Shown: positions 1 to 10,100, numbered from the stretch's first letter. The stretch is 20,000 nt of DNA from an uncultured virus (IMG/VR IMGVR_UViG_3300042505_001288) (IMGVR_UViG_3300042505_001288); one strand, 5' to 3'. Numbers and translations: made by a program. The notes: generated from the letters alone by a model not told the origin.

Positions 1-2
1 AA

Positions 3-851
3 ACATTAACTGAGAATGCATTGATATTACCAGCTGAACAAAAAGCACCACATTTAGCTGCATTAGAAAAATTGAAAACATTATTACAGGATATTGTACA
101 GAATAATACAATCACAAGATTGCAAACATCTATAGCACAATATAAATCATCGGTTAATAGTAATTCTACAACATCTACCCGTATTGGAACATTAATCGAT
201 ATAGTTAAAACTATTGTTGATAGTGGGATATCATCTGCTCCTACGGTGATAAAGACTGGGACAGTAACTACATCCGATGGAAATGCAAGTTCGTTAATTT
301 TAAAAAATATAGATTTTCTAGTAGCAGAAATATATGCATTTATGAGTATAAATTACACATTTACATATGATATAACTTTATGTAAGCGAGATGTTGAATT
401 AATCAGTAAGTGTATATCTGACGATTTGCTAGCAGGTGGAAACTATAATTCTGTTAATTCTGGATTATCATATTTTTCACGATCTGGAACTCATCATTAT
501 GTTACGATTGAAGAAAGTACATATGATTATAATTTATTTAAGCATGGTGCATTGGTTAATTTCTATCAAAGAAGTTATATGTCAGCATCTGGATACTTAT
601 TCGAGTATGTGGGTTCAGGTTCAAATTATAGTGCATTACCACAGGTAGGACGTTTCGATCCAATACAAAATAGAGAAGTGAATATGCTAGATGGTGGTAA
701 AGTTTTCTTTACCTCTACCGATCAAAATGGAGATTTTAGAATCGGAACAGGGTTAGTAATTAGCCAAGCAACTGGTGTTTTAAGCGGTAGAACATTCCAG
801 AAGAGCTTATTCGCAGAAATGACACCGTTTATACTTGCAATTGAAGGTTAA
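3..851 (+). CDS. Phage virion structural protein, 5'-truncated (C-terminal part). Contains a CxRD...GGN helical repeat and a conserved C-terminal beta domain
   Basis: The frame is open from position 3 (aca tta act gag aat gca ttg...), so the TTG at 21 is probably not the real start. Contains LCKRDVELISKCISDDLLAGGN (Cys at 381). Ends in FYQRSYMSASGYLFEYVGSG...GGKVFFTSTDQNGDFRIG, which is paralogous to residues encoded at ~4826-5060 and resembles large T4-like cyanophage/freshwater phage structural proteins. Stop TAA 849-851. Confidence 0.85.
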   Translation, partial: TLTENALILPAEQKAPHLAALEKLKTLLQDIVQNNTITRLQTSIAQYKSSVNSNSTTSTRIGTLIDIVKTIVDSGISSAPTVIKTGTVTTSDGNASSLILKNIDFLVAEIYAFMSINYTFTYDITLCKRDVELISKCISDDLLAGGNYNSVNSGLSYFSRSGTHHYVTIEESTYDYNLFKHGALVNFYQRSYMSASGYLFEYVGSGSNYSALPQVGRFDPIQNREVNMLDGGKVFFTSTDQNGDFRIGTGLVISQATGVLSGRTFQKSLFAEMTPFILAIEG

Positions 852-864
852 GAGGATTTAATTC

Positions 865-3273
865 ATGGCATTAATACCATTAAACACATTTAAAACAAAA
901 ACTGCAGTGTTAACAACACTGAAATATAATCAAGTAAGATGCGCTAGAGATACTGCTTTAATAGTTGACTCAATTGCATATGACTTGATATATGGTGGGA
1001 ACACCCAATCTACATTTGCAGCTGTTCAATATTGGGCACAAGGCTCTAGTAACATCCCTGGTGATATCCCACAAACATTGGCAGCAATGGAACATGCAAA
1101 AAAAGTTATTGTTCAGATTTTAAACAATCAAACAATAACAAAGTCTACGAGTAATTCTATAACTCAACCTACTCCAACTGCTCCAGCAGCATCAGCTGGT
1201 GATATTAATATAGTTATTTCTGAAATTGACTTGATTATGGATATCATTGAAAATGGTATAAGTGGTGTTACAGACAGGATCTCCCCAAATCAATCTAGTG
1301 GAGTATCATCCCGTGCTGCTACTATTTTGGCGACTAATAAATCATTCATTCAAAATGAAATTGTAGCGTATGTTAAAGATAATTTAATTGATGCTGATTA
1401 TACATATGATAAAACAAAATGTAGAAGAGATTTAAAATTAATTATAGATTCTATTGTTTCTGATTTAAGATTCGGTGGAAATACTCAATCTACATTTGCT
1501 GGATTACAATATTGGTCAATGGGTGCAACTCAAATCGCTAATGAAACATTACAAACTCAAGCGGCTATCACTCATCTGAAGTCGTTAGTTGGTCAAGTTA
1601 TTTTAAACGAATCAATCGATAAAACAGAAGCAAATACTCAATCACAGGTTATTAATAATACTAAAACTGGGACAACCACTAGCAAAGATGTAGCAGACGG
1701 TTTATTTGATACATTACTTGCTATATTGGTAGATGCAGCGGATGGGACAAGAACTAATGATGTAAGTAATCTTATAACTGCCAATTCTACATTAACAACT
1801 GACACTGGTATGATCAACGCATATCAAGCTATTATCTCAAATAAATTATTTTTACAAGAAGAAATTGTTAAATGGATAGATGCACAAACTACTACACCAT
1901 TTGATAATGTAAATTTCATAGCTGCATATGATGATGCAGCGTCTGATACATGTTTCCGTGATGTTGGTTATATTTTAGATTGTATTTGTTTTGATATGAA
2001 ATATGGTGGGAATAGACAAACCATCCAAGCAGGTGTTTATTACAATGGATTTGATCAATCAACCAGTATTTTAGCAGAAAAATCATTTGCTATTAATGCG
2101 TACAAGTATTTGAAACGAATAATTGGTGATGTAATTCAAGGGCTTCCAATTACAACAGTATATCAAGATATTTATAAACAGGATATCTCACTACCTGCAG
2201 GTGGATTAGTTCAAGCTAATATAGCTGTTGAAAATCTGAATCATATTATTGATATTATTATTGATAATCCAACCACAGTTGAAAAGAAACCGATCTCATT
2301 AAATCAATTAACTGATAAAATGTATGCATTATCAGCTGGTGCTTTGGTAACTAATGAAACATTTTTAATTGAGGAAGTTATCGCATATATCGATAATATA
2401 AACAATACTAGCTTCAATTATCCTAATTCTACATTATATAATGATACTAATAAATGCTTTAGAGATATGGGATACATTATTGATTGTATTTCATTTGATT
2501 TGACACATGGTGGGAACAGACAGGCTATTCAAGCAGGTGTTTATTATTATGGTCATTCATCAACAACATCAATTGTTCCTACTGAAAAATCAGATACATT
2601 AAATGCATATAATTATATGAGATATGTAATTGAAAATGTTTTAACATCTACTTCAGAACTGACATCTTCCTTAAATTATCCAGCAGCACCATATCAATTT
2701 GAAACACAGAAAGTGTCATTGGCAGTATCGAGTAGTACAGTAAACACCAGTGCAAGCGCACTGATTACTACACTAAATACTATTATTAACGCTGGACCAC
2801 CATCTACTTCGCCTACTCCTATTAGTTTAACAAAAGTAACCGATACCAGTGGAGATTTGGATAAAGCATTTAATTTATTACAAGCTAATAAACCGTATAT
2901 AGTAGCAGAAGTAATTGGATATATGAATTCATTAAAAACACCAAATACTACTAAAATTTATACTGCACCACCAGGTGTTACAGCAATTGTTTTAATGGCT
3001 CAAGTAGCAAATGTTACCGACCATGATATTAACATCACATTTGCACATTATCGTAATATCCCAGTATATGCAGATCCATCTACATTAAATGGAGCACAAC
3101 CTGGTGATACTATAACGGAATTAGTGGATGGATTCAGCGTCCCTGCAAATGATTCAGCATCCTTAATCCAGGGGAAAATGATTATCGAAGCCTTCGATAG
3201 TATTATAGCTTATGCCAGTGAAGGTGCTGGTTTAAAAGTTACACTTAGCATATTAGAGACCGCCAATGCCTAA
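865..3273 (+). CDS. Phage structural protein (802 aa): small beta-sandwich protein interrupted by four phycobiliprotein-like helical repeats
   Basis: RBS GAGGA at 852-856, ATG 865. Four C-x-R-D...GGN repeats (Cys codons at 940, 1420, 1951, 2455). The N-terminus MALIPLNTFKTKT and C-terminal IYTAPPGVTAIVLMAQVAN...PANDSASLIQGKMIIE...SILETAN resemble the two ends of a short conserved T4-like phage protein (recalled, not searched). Confidence 0.85.
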   Translation: MALIPLNTFKTKTAVLTTLKYNQVRCARDTALIVDSIAYDLIYGGNTQSTFAAVQYWAQGSSNIPGDIPQTLAAMEHAKKVIVQILNNQTITKSTSNSITQPTPTAPAASAGDINIVISEIDLIMDIIENGISGVTDRISPNQSSGVSSRAATILATNKSFIQNEIVAYVKDNLIDADYTYDKTKCRRDLKLIIDSIVSDLRFGGNTQSTFAGLQYWSMGATQIANETLQTQAAITHLKSLVGQVILNESIDKTEANTQSQVINNTKTGTTTSKDVADGLFDTLLAILVDAADGTRTNDVSNLITANSTLTTDTGMINAYQAIISNKLFLQEEIVKWIDAQTTTPFDNVNFIAAYDDAASDTCFRDVGYILDCICFDMKYGGNRQTIQAGVYYNGFDQSTSILAEKSFAINAYKYLKRIIGDVIQGLPITTVYQDIYKQDISLPAGGLVQANIAVENLNHIIDIIIDNPTTVEKKPISLNQLTDKMYALSAGALVTNETFLIEEVIAYIDNINNTSFNYPNSTLYNDTNKCFRDMGYIIDCISFDLTHGGNRQAIQAGVYYYGHSSTTSIVPTEKSDTLNAYNYMRYVIENVLTSTSELTSSLNYPAAPYQFETQKVSLAVSSSTVNTSASALITTLNTIINAGPPSTSPTPISLTKVTDTSGDLDKAFNLLQANKPYIVAEVIGYMNSLKTPNTTKIYTAPPGVTAIVLMAQVANVTDHDINITFAHYRNIPVYADPSTLNGAQPGDTITELVDGFSVPANDSASLIQGKMIIEAFDSIIAYASEGAGLKVTLSILETANA
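940..2550 (+). repeat. Four tandem ~160-177 aa helical protein repeats with invariant CxRD and GGN
   Basis: RCARDTALIVDSIAYDLIYGGNTQSTFAA; KCRRDLKLIIDSIVSDLRFGGNTQSTFAG; TCFRDVGYILDCICFDMKYGGNRQTIQAG; KCFRDMGYIIDCISFDLTHGGNRQAIQAG. Cys-to-Cys spacing is 160, 177 and 168 codons. Confidence 0.95.
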
Positions 3274-6200
3274 ATTATTAAGTAATAGAGTAAAAGTCAC
3301 TCCATCAGAACAATTATCACAATCTAGATATCAATATGTTGAATTGAATCAGGCCCAACCAGCCCTTGGTACTCCACTTACTGATAAGAGTGTCTTACTG
3401 GCTAATCTAGATGGTACAACAGAATGGGTATCACAGGCTGATATTACAGGAAATGTAGTACCAAATAAAAATACAATTTATGTATCAAAAAGTGGTAGTG
3501 ATAGTAATATTGGTAATTCAATATCATCAACGAAATTAACAATCAAAGGAGCACTAACTGCAGCAACCGCTGGTACTTCTATTATAATTTATGCTGGTGA
3601 TTATACTGAGGTAAATCCATTAGTATTACCAGAAAATGTTTCTATTATTGGGCAAGATTCACGGGTTAATGTTATACCAAAAAATCCAACTCAAGATGTA
3701 TTTAAGCTTAATAGCGGTTCATCAATTGATGGTATTACCGTAGTTAACCACAAGTACCCAAGTTTTGCATTTAGTCTTAAAAGTAATGTTAACATTAAAA
3801 TATCACCGATCATTAATAATTGTTCTAGTATAACTGGACCATTTTTAGCAGACGGTACATTATTTGTTCCGTTTGTTACTGTACAAAATGGTTCAATAAC
3901 TCCAGGTGCAACACCATTATTAGATGCTGATGTACCAGTTGTTAATAAAAGAATTAATATAACTGGTGCTGGTGGAGGTATATTTATTGATGGTGGTGAA
4001 ATAATCTCTCAATCATTGTATAAATCTGTAATTGTTGATCAATTTATTGCCTCTAATCAAGGTGGTATTGGTGTACAAGCCACCAATAATGCTACAATAA
4101 TTTTACAAAATAGTATTTCTAAATTTTGTACTGTAGGATTTAAAGCAACTAATGGTGGATATATAGATTTAACATCATGTACTACAGAATATGGTACATA
4201 TGGATTAGTTAGTGATGGGTATCTATCAACACCATATATCAACTCTGGTATAATTTCTGCATCACACTTTAGTAGTGTTAGTAATGTCTCTATCACAAAT
4301 CAGGGTTCAGGATATGGTAGTACACCAACAGTTGTAGTTGGTACGCAATGGTCTACTGGTGCAACGGTTGCTACACATAGTCAACTTTTTTATGGATCAA
4401 ATTTATATTTTGTAATGTCTGGTGGGGTTTTAGGGGCTATCGCTCCTACCTTTACTAATAGCACACCAACTGCAAATGGTACAGCAACATTATTATATAC
4501 TGGTACAGCTGCTACTGCTACTGCTACAATGAGTGGTGGGAAAATAACAAATATCGCATTTACATCTGGTAGTGGGTATACAAGTATCCCTTCTATTACA
4601 TTCGTTGGAAGTAATACTACGCCAGCAGAAGCTAGTGCTGAATTAACTGGAATATCTTTAGTTTCAGTTGGTAGCATTACTAAAAAACCACTAGTGAGTA
4701 CATTAATATCATTCCAGTATAATCCAAATTACTACTATATTACTGATGCTACTGATGTAGTTGGTACTAATTCAAATATTAAAGTATCACCCGAATTGTA
4801 TTATGTATTAGGAAATTATACTGCATCATTGTATTATGAAAGTAGAATTATTGCAAATGGTCATACTTCAAAATATATTGGAGCTGGGACAACATTAAAT
4901 GCATTAGCAACCAATTCTGGAACTCCTGTTTATGCAAATGAGACTGTAGAATCAAATCACGGTAAAATATTTTATACTGGGGTTAATGAAACTGGGTTAT
5001 ATAAAATAGGTGATATTTTTACAGTGGATAATATCACCGGCGTATCATCTGTAAATTCAAATATATTTGATTTAACAAATGTAAGTGCAATAGGACCATT
5101 AAATCGCAGTGGTGTAATTTCTGGTGTTCAATTACGAGAAATAAGTGATGATATAACTTTAACAGCAACAACTGGGATACGTGATAGTTTTACAGCACCT
5201 ACGCAACATGCGGTTTATACATTTTTACAAAATAACTACTTAGCATTAACCGGTGGAACTGTTGCAGGAACAGTAACTATTAATGATTTAATACTTTCAG
5301 GCAATATCATTACTAGTAAAAATACAAATCAAAGTATAATATTAAACCCAGTTGGTAATGGAAATTTAGATGTATCTGGGAGTAGGGTGATTAATTCAGC
5401 CACTCCAGTTAATAACACCGATCTTGCAACAAAGGAATATGTTGATAACGCAGTTACAGGTGTTGGTGATACATATCCATCCATTAATATTGGTGATTTT
5501 TATATTCACGGCGATGTGATTGAAAATACTATTAATGATGCTAATATTACCTTAACAACTAAAGGTACTGGACAAACAGTTATCACATCATTAATTGATA
5601 GTTCATCAAGTATTACTGGAGCATTAGTTGTGAATGGTGGGGTTGGTATTGCCACAAAATTATACGTTGGTGATAGTGTTTATTCTACTACATTTTATGG
5701 TAATTTAGATGGTGCTGCTACTACGGCTGGTACAGTAACTACTGCCGCACAACCTGCTATTACATCAGTTGGAGCCTTAACCAGTTTACAAGTTGGTAAT
5801 ATTAATATAAATGAAAACATTATTAAAAATACATCATTGGATGAAAACTTAATTCTTGGTGCGACTGGTACTGGTGATGTCATTCCGGAAATAGATAATA
5901 CTATTGACTTTGGTTCAAATTCTCGTACTTGGAAAAAAGGATACTTCACTAATATAGCAGGTACATTAGATACAAGCTCACAGCCTAATATTTCATCATT
6001 GTCATCTAATGTTAAAATATTTGATAGTACATACACATTAACTCCAACATTAGATGTTGGATTTTCTAATACCAACAAATTTGAAATAGAAACACACCAA
6101 ACTAGTAGTTCATTGACATATACTAAATTTGTTAATATTAGTTCGGGTACAAATAACAATTATTTTGAATTTCATCCAGATCAAAATTTAGCTCTAACAA

Positions 6201-7141
6201 TTGCAAATGGTCTAGTAACTGTTGAAAACACTTTACATATTAAAAATACATTAACAATTGATAATCCTATTTTGAAATTAGGATTAGATACTACCGATAT
6301 TGAATCTAATAATGATTTCGGGATATCATTTAGAAACAATTATAACATATATTCATATGTTACCAGTATCGATGTTACATCAACTGGTTCTGTGAATACG
6401 GTTATTATCAACTTAAATGATACCGTAGCAAATGCTAATATCACAACAAATGATACTATACATATTGCTGGAGCAAATCTAGTTGAACTTAATGGTACAT
6501 GGAATGTAACAGTAGCATCACCATCTGCAACTACTGTCACTATTAATGTAACATCACAAATCCCGGCGACTACATATGTAGATCATCCATCTGTTATTTT
6601 ATTAAACAAAATTGGATTCTTTGGGTATAACCATTCGAATGATTCATTTACTTTTATCCCTGATGCATTAATTAGTAATAATGATGTAACTGGATTAACT
6701 GGAACTATTAATGCAAAAATTAACAGTGATAAAGTGACTATTACATCTGGAACATTGGATAATGTTATTATTGGTGGAACTACCGCAAATACTGGTATAT
6801 TCACTAATGTGTTATCTGACCAAGTTACGGCCCGAACTACAATATCAATTCATGACGCTAATGGTTTTGGTGTAATTTTAGATACTTTTAATAAAAATCA
6901 AATTGATTCAGCAAAATACGTAATAAAAATTAAAAATACAACAACTAATACTATAACAGTGCAGGAATTTTTATTAGTACAAGATACTGTTGATATCTAT
7001 ATGACTGAATATGCTGTTATTAATACAGGTATTTCATTTGGTGTTTTATCTGGTAGCTTTGATGGGAACAGTGTAAATGTGGTGTTCACACCATCAACAA
7101 ATAACAATATTTTAATAAAATTAATAAAGTTTTACACATAA
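3266..7141 (+). CDS. Large virion structural/tail fibre-spike protein (1291 aa) with a pectin-lyase-like parallel beta-helix
   Basis: Overlaps the upstream gene by 8 nt. The N-terminus (LLSNRVKVTP...RYQYVELNQAQPALGTP) is typical of T4-like structural proteins. NTIYVSKSGSDSNIG...TIKGALTAA...IIIYAGDYTE marks a beta-helix entry (~3464-4220). Also GSGY..PT/PS repeats, a DLATKEYVD fibre motif, a TGALVVNGGVGI shaft motif and a C-terminal SAKY...TEYA domain (~6872-7141). Confidence 0.8.
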   Translation: MPKLLSNRVKVTPSEQLSQSRYQYVELNQAQPALGTPLTDKSVLLANLDGTTEWVSQADITGNVVPNKNTIYVSKSGSDSNIGNSISSTKLTIKGALTAATAGTSIIIYAGDYTEVNPLVLPENVSIIGQDSRVNVIPKNPTQDVFKLNSGSSIDGITVVNHKYPSFAFSLKSNVNIKISPIINNCSSITGPFLADGTLFVPFVTVQNGSITPGATPLLDADVPVVNKRINITGAGGGIFIDGGEIISQSLYKSVIVDQFIASNQGGIGVQATNNATIILQNSISKFCTVGFKATNGGYIDLTSCTTEYGTYGLVSDGYLSTPYINSGIISASHFSSVSNVSITNQGSGYGSTPTVVVGTQWSTGATVATHSQLFYGSNLYFVMSGGVLGAIAPTFTNSTPTANGTATLLYTGTAATATATMSGGKITNIAFTSGSGYTSIPSITFVGSNTTPAEASAELTGISLVSVGSITKKPLVSTLISFQYNPNYYYITDATDVVGTNSNIKVSPELYYVLGNYTASLYYESRIIANGHTSKYIGAGTTLNALATNSGTPVYANETVESNHGKIFYTGVNETGLYKIGDIFTVDNITGVSSVNSNIFDLTNVSAIGPLNRSGVISGVQLREISDDITLTATTGIRDSFTAPTQHAVYTFLQNNYLALTGGTVAGTVTINDLILSGNIITSKNTNQSIILNPVGNGNLDVSGSRVINSATPVNNTDLATKEYVDNAVTGVGDTYPSINIGDFYIHGDVIENTINDANITLTTKGTGQTVITSLIDSSSSITGALVVNGGVGIATKLYVGDSVYSTTFYGNLDGAATTAGTVTTAAQPAITSVGALTSLQVGNININENIIKNTSLDENLILGATGTGDVIPEIDNTIDFGSNSRTWKKGYFTNIAGTLDTSSQPNISSLSSNVKIFDSTYTLTPTLDVGFSNTNKFEIETHQTSSSLTYTKFVNISSGTNNNYFEFHPDQNLALTIANGLVTVENTLHIKNTLTIDNPILKLGLDTTDIESNNDFGISFRNNYNIYSYVTSIDVTSTGSVNTVIINLNDTVANANITTNDTIHIAGANLVELNGTWNVTVASPSATTVTINVTSQIPATTYVDHPSVILLNKIGFFGYNHSNDSFTFIPDALISNNDVTGLTGTINAKINSDKVTITSGTLDNVIIGGTTANTGIFTNVLSDQVTARTTISIHDANGFGVILDTFNKNQIDSAKYVIKIKNTTTNTITVQEFLLVQDTVDIYMTEYAVINTGISFGVLSGSFDGNSVNVVFTPSTNNNILIKLIKFYT

Positions 7142-7144
7142 ATA
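7137..7144 (+). promoter_or_regulatory. T4-type late promoter motif CATAAATA
   Basis: One mismatch to TATAAATA, overlapping the upstream stop codon. Followed by RBS TAGGAG (7151-7156) and ATG 7167. Confidence 0.65.
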
Positions 7145-7166
7145 GACATATAGGAGATTTTACGAA

Positions 7167-10100
7167 ATGTCAACAACTAATAAACAGTTTTTAACACGAG
7201 CTGGAGTAAACCTTCCAGCTGGTACAAGTACACAAGCACCATTAATATTCCAAAATGGTACCAATTTAACCACACCTGTGATTGGTGCAATGGAGTGGGA
7301 TGGATATAATTTAACAATAACAGAATATTCATCGAATGGGACTAATAGTTCTGCTCCTGCAACAACTGTTCGTAGAACACTTGCATACAATGATTCAACA
7401 TTATTACCAAAAGTAGATACTTTAACTGCCAATGGAACAACACAAGCTACTACAACTGCTAAAATTACTAACGATGTGGTATATGTTTCTGGTGCATCTG
7501 TATCAACTGGACCTGGGTACAATGGTGTAATATTGCCACCAGCGGTTCCAGGTAGAAAAGTAACGATTATTAATATAAGTACTAATCCTATTAACATATG
7601 GCCATATCCAGTAGTATCTGATTTAACCGGTGTTAGTTCAACTGGTACAACATTAAATGTTAGTTCAACTACTAATTTATACCCTGGTATGATTTTAACT
7701 AATACCAATTTTGTTGGCGGCGTTGCAAAAATTATTAGTATTACAGGTAATACAACTGTAGTTATTGATGCTACTCCTACTACTGCACTATCAGGCGCAA
7801 CAGTTTCAATCTCAAATGGTGGTACTGGAAGAATTAATGGAAGTGCTGTTAACCAAGCATATGCATTGGATAAATCATCATCTATTGAAATGGTGGCATA
7901 TGATTCCGTATACTGGTATACCTTGGCAGCAACTCCGCTTAATGCGACTGGGGTTAGCACCTCAAATTATACAATCGGTGACTTGATTGTTGCAAATGGT
8001 GCAACTTCATTAGGTGTTATTAATGATATTGCTGTTGGTAGCGTATTGTTATCAGGAGGAGTCGGTGCGTCACCAACCTATGGTAAAGTAAATTTAACAA
8101 CGGTTGTAAGTGGTGTATTACCAGTTGCTAATGGTGGTACTGGGACTACTGGTTCTGGATTATTAGCATCTGGAAGTTCATATGATATCGTAACTACTGG
8201 CGTTACCTCATTGAATATAGGTAGTGCCGCTACATCTATCAATATTGGTGCATCTACTGGTACTACAACAATTAATAATGATTTAACAGTTGCAGGTAAC
8301 TTAATCGTAGGTGGTGATCAGGTTATCAATAATACCACGAACACTTCTATTGAAGATACTATTTTTGAAATGAACCATCCATCGGCGGGATGGTTGTCTT
8401 CTGATTCTGGTGCAGATATTGGTACTAAATTTGATTGGTTCAAATCATCTGGTAATTATCTTATTGTTACAGGTGGTTCATCAACTGGAACTACTTGTAC
8501 TTTAAATGTTCCAGTATATATACCAGCTGGTGCTATTATAACTATTGCTGGTGTTACACCAGCATCTTTTAATGGTACATTTGTTGTAACCAGTGCGACT
8601 TCTGGTGCAACTCCTACTATTACTTATACATCTGGAACATCATATACTGGTGCCGTAACTACTTCGGGTGCATTAGGAAGTGTAATAAAAGAAGTTAAAT
8701 TCACAGGCACTAGTTTTACATGGGCTGCCAATGTCATTACAGTATCATATACTGGACCTGCACTTCCATTGGTGACAGTGTTATCTCCAACATATTCATC
8801 CGCTAGTAATATAATTACTCATTCTGGGGCAGTAGTCGTTTATCCTGGAATGTTTTTAACTGGTGCAAATATTACTGCTGGAACATATGTTGTTTCCGTT
8901 ACTGATACCACACATTTTACAACCAATATTAAACCAACCGGGTCAAATTCTGGTTCTATATTGGCCGGTGCAATGGTTACTATTGCTGGTACTACTAATT
9001 ATAACGGTACATACTATATTGCAACAGCGTCTGCGAATAGTTTTACTATTTCAAAAAATGGTTCTGCTGCTACTGAAAGTTCTGGTACATTTACATTCGA
9101 CCATAGATATGCATTTGCTGGATGGACCAATGATGCCCAAGCATTTGAGTATTATAAAGAAGGTGAAGAAACTAGTACTGGTGTATTCACTGGTGCTTAC
9201 GGTAGTATTAAAGGTGGGCAATTTCAAACTCCTAGTTCAGCATTAAGTATTGGTAATACTGATATTACTTCTGGTATATCATTAAAAATTCCTACAAATA
9301 CTGTTTATGATATTGATAGTTCAACAAGCGCAACAGTTGCACAGGGATCGGTAATTAGTGTTGGTCAACAAACAATTGGTGCAAAAAATGCTACCATCAC
9401 ATACACCAACTTGGCATCATTATATATTGCCAATGCACCTACTACTGGTTCTAATGTAACTGGAACAAATAAATATGCAATTCAAGTAGCAGCAGGTAAT
9501 ACGTTATTAGGTGGTGATTTAGCTGTAAATGGTAGTAATTTAACCACTACACAATCTACCTTTAATTTATTAAATGTAACAGCTACAACGATTAATGCAT
9601 TTGGTGCTGGTACAACTGTAAATATTGCAACTCCTGCAACTACCGGTTCAACAGCAACATCTGTTAACATTAGTAATAAAACAACAGCTGCTACAACTTT
9701 AAGCGTTGGTACTGCATCAACCTCAGCATCTACTTTTACATTTGGCGGTGCGATCACAACTGGCACTAATACTGTTAAAATTGGTTCTGGAACCGGTGGA
9801 ACAGTCGCATTTGATTCTGGGTTGGCTGGTGCTACTGCAACATTATTTGCATCAACCACTGGTACTGTGAGAATTGCGGAAGCATCTACAACAGTAACTT
9901 TACAAAATACAACAACTAGTGCTAGTACCTTAAATATCGCTACTGCTACTGGAAATAATAGTAATACATTAACATATGGTGGATTAGCAACCACTGCAAC
10001 TAATAAAATAGTTATTAATGCAGCTAATGGCGGTATTACAACATTAGATGCTGGTAATGCTGGTGCAACTGGTAACTTATTCCCAATTATTACTGGAAAT

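Noticed and set aside
21..23. TTG start of the first ORF
   Set aside because: The frame is open to the window edge and the protein begins mid-repeat, so the gene starts upstream.
865..3273. Calling the repeats bona fide cpcA/cpcB/apc genes or an intein
   Set aside because: They are fused repeats in a structural-gene context with no recognisable N-terminal X/Y helices, so no gene symbol is assigned. The insertion lacks intein terminal residues (N-terminal Cys/Ser and C-terminal His-Asn).
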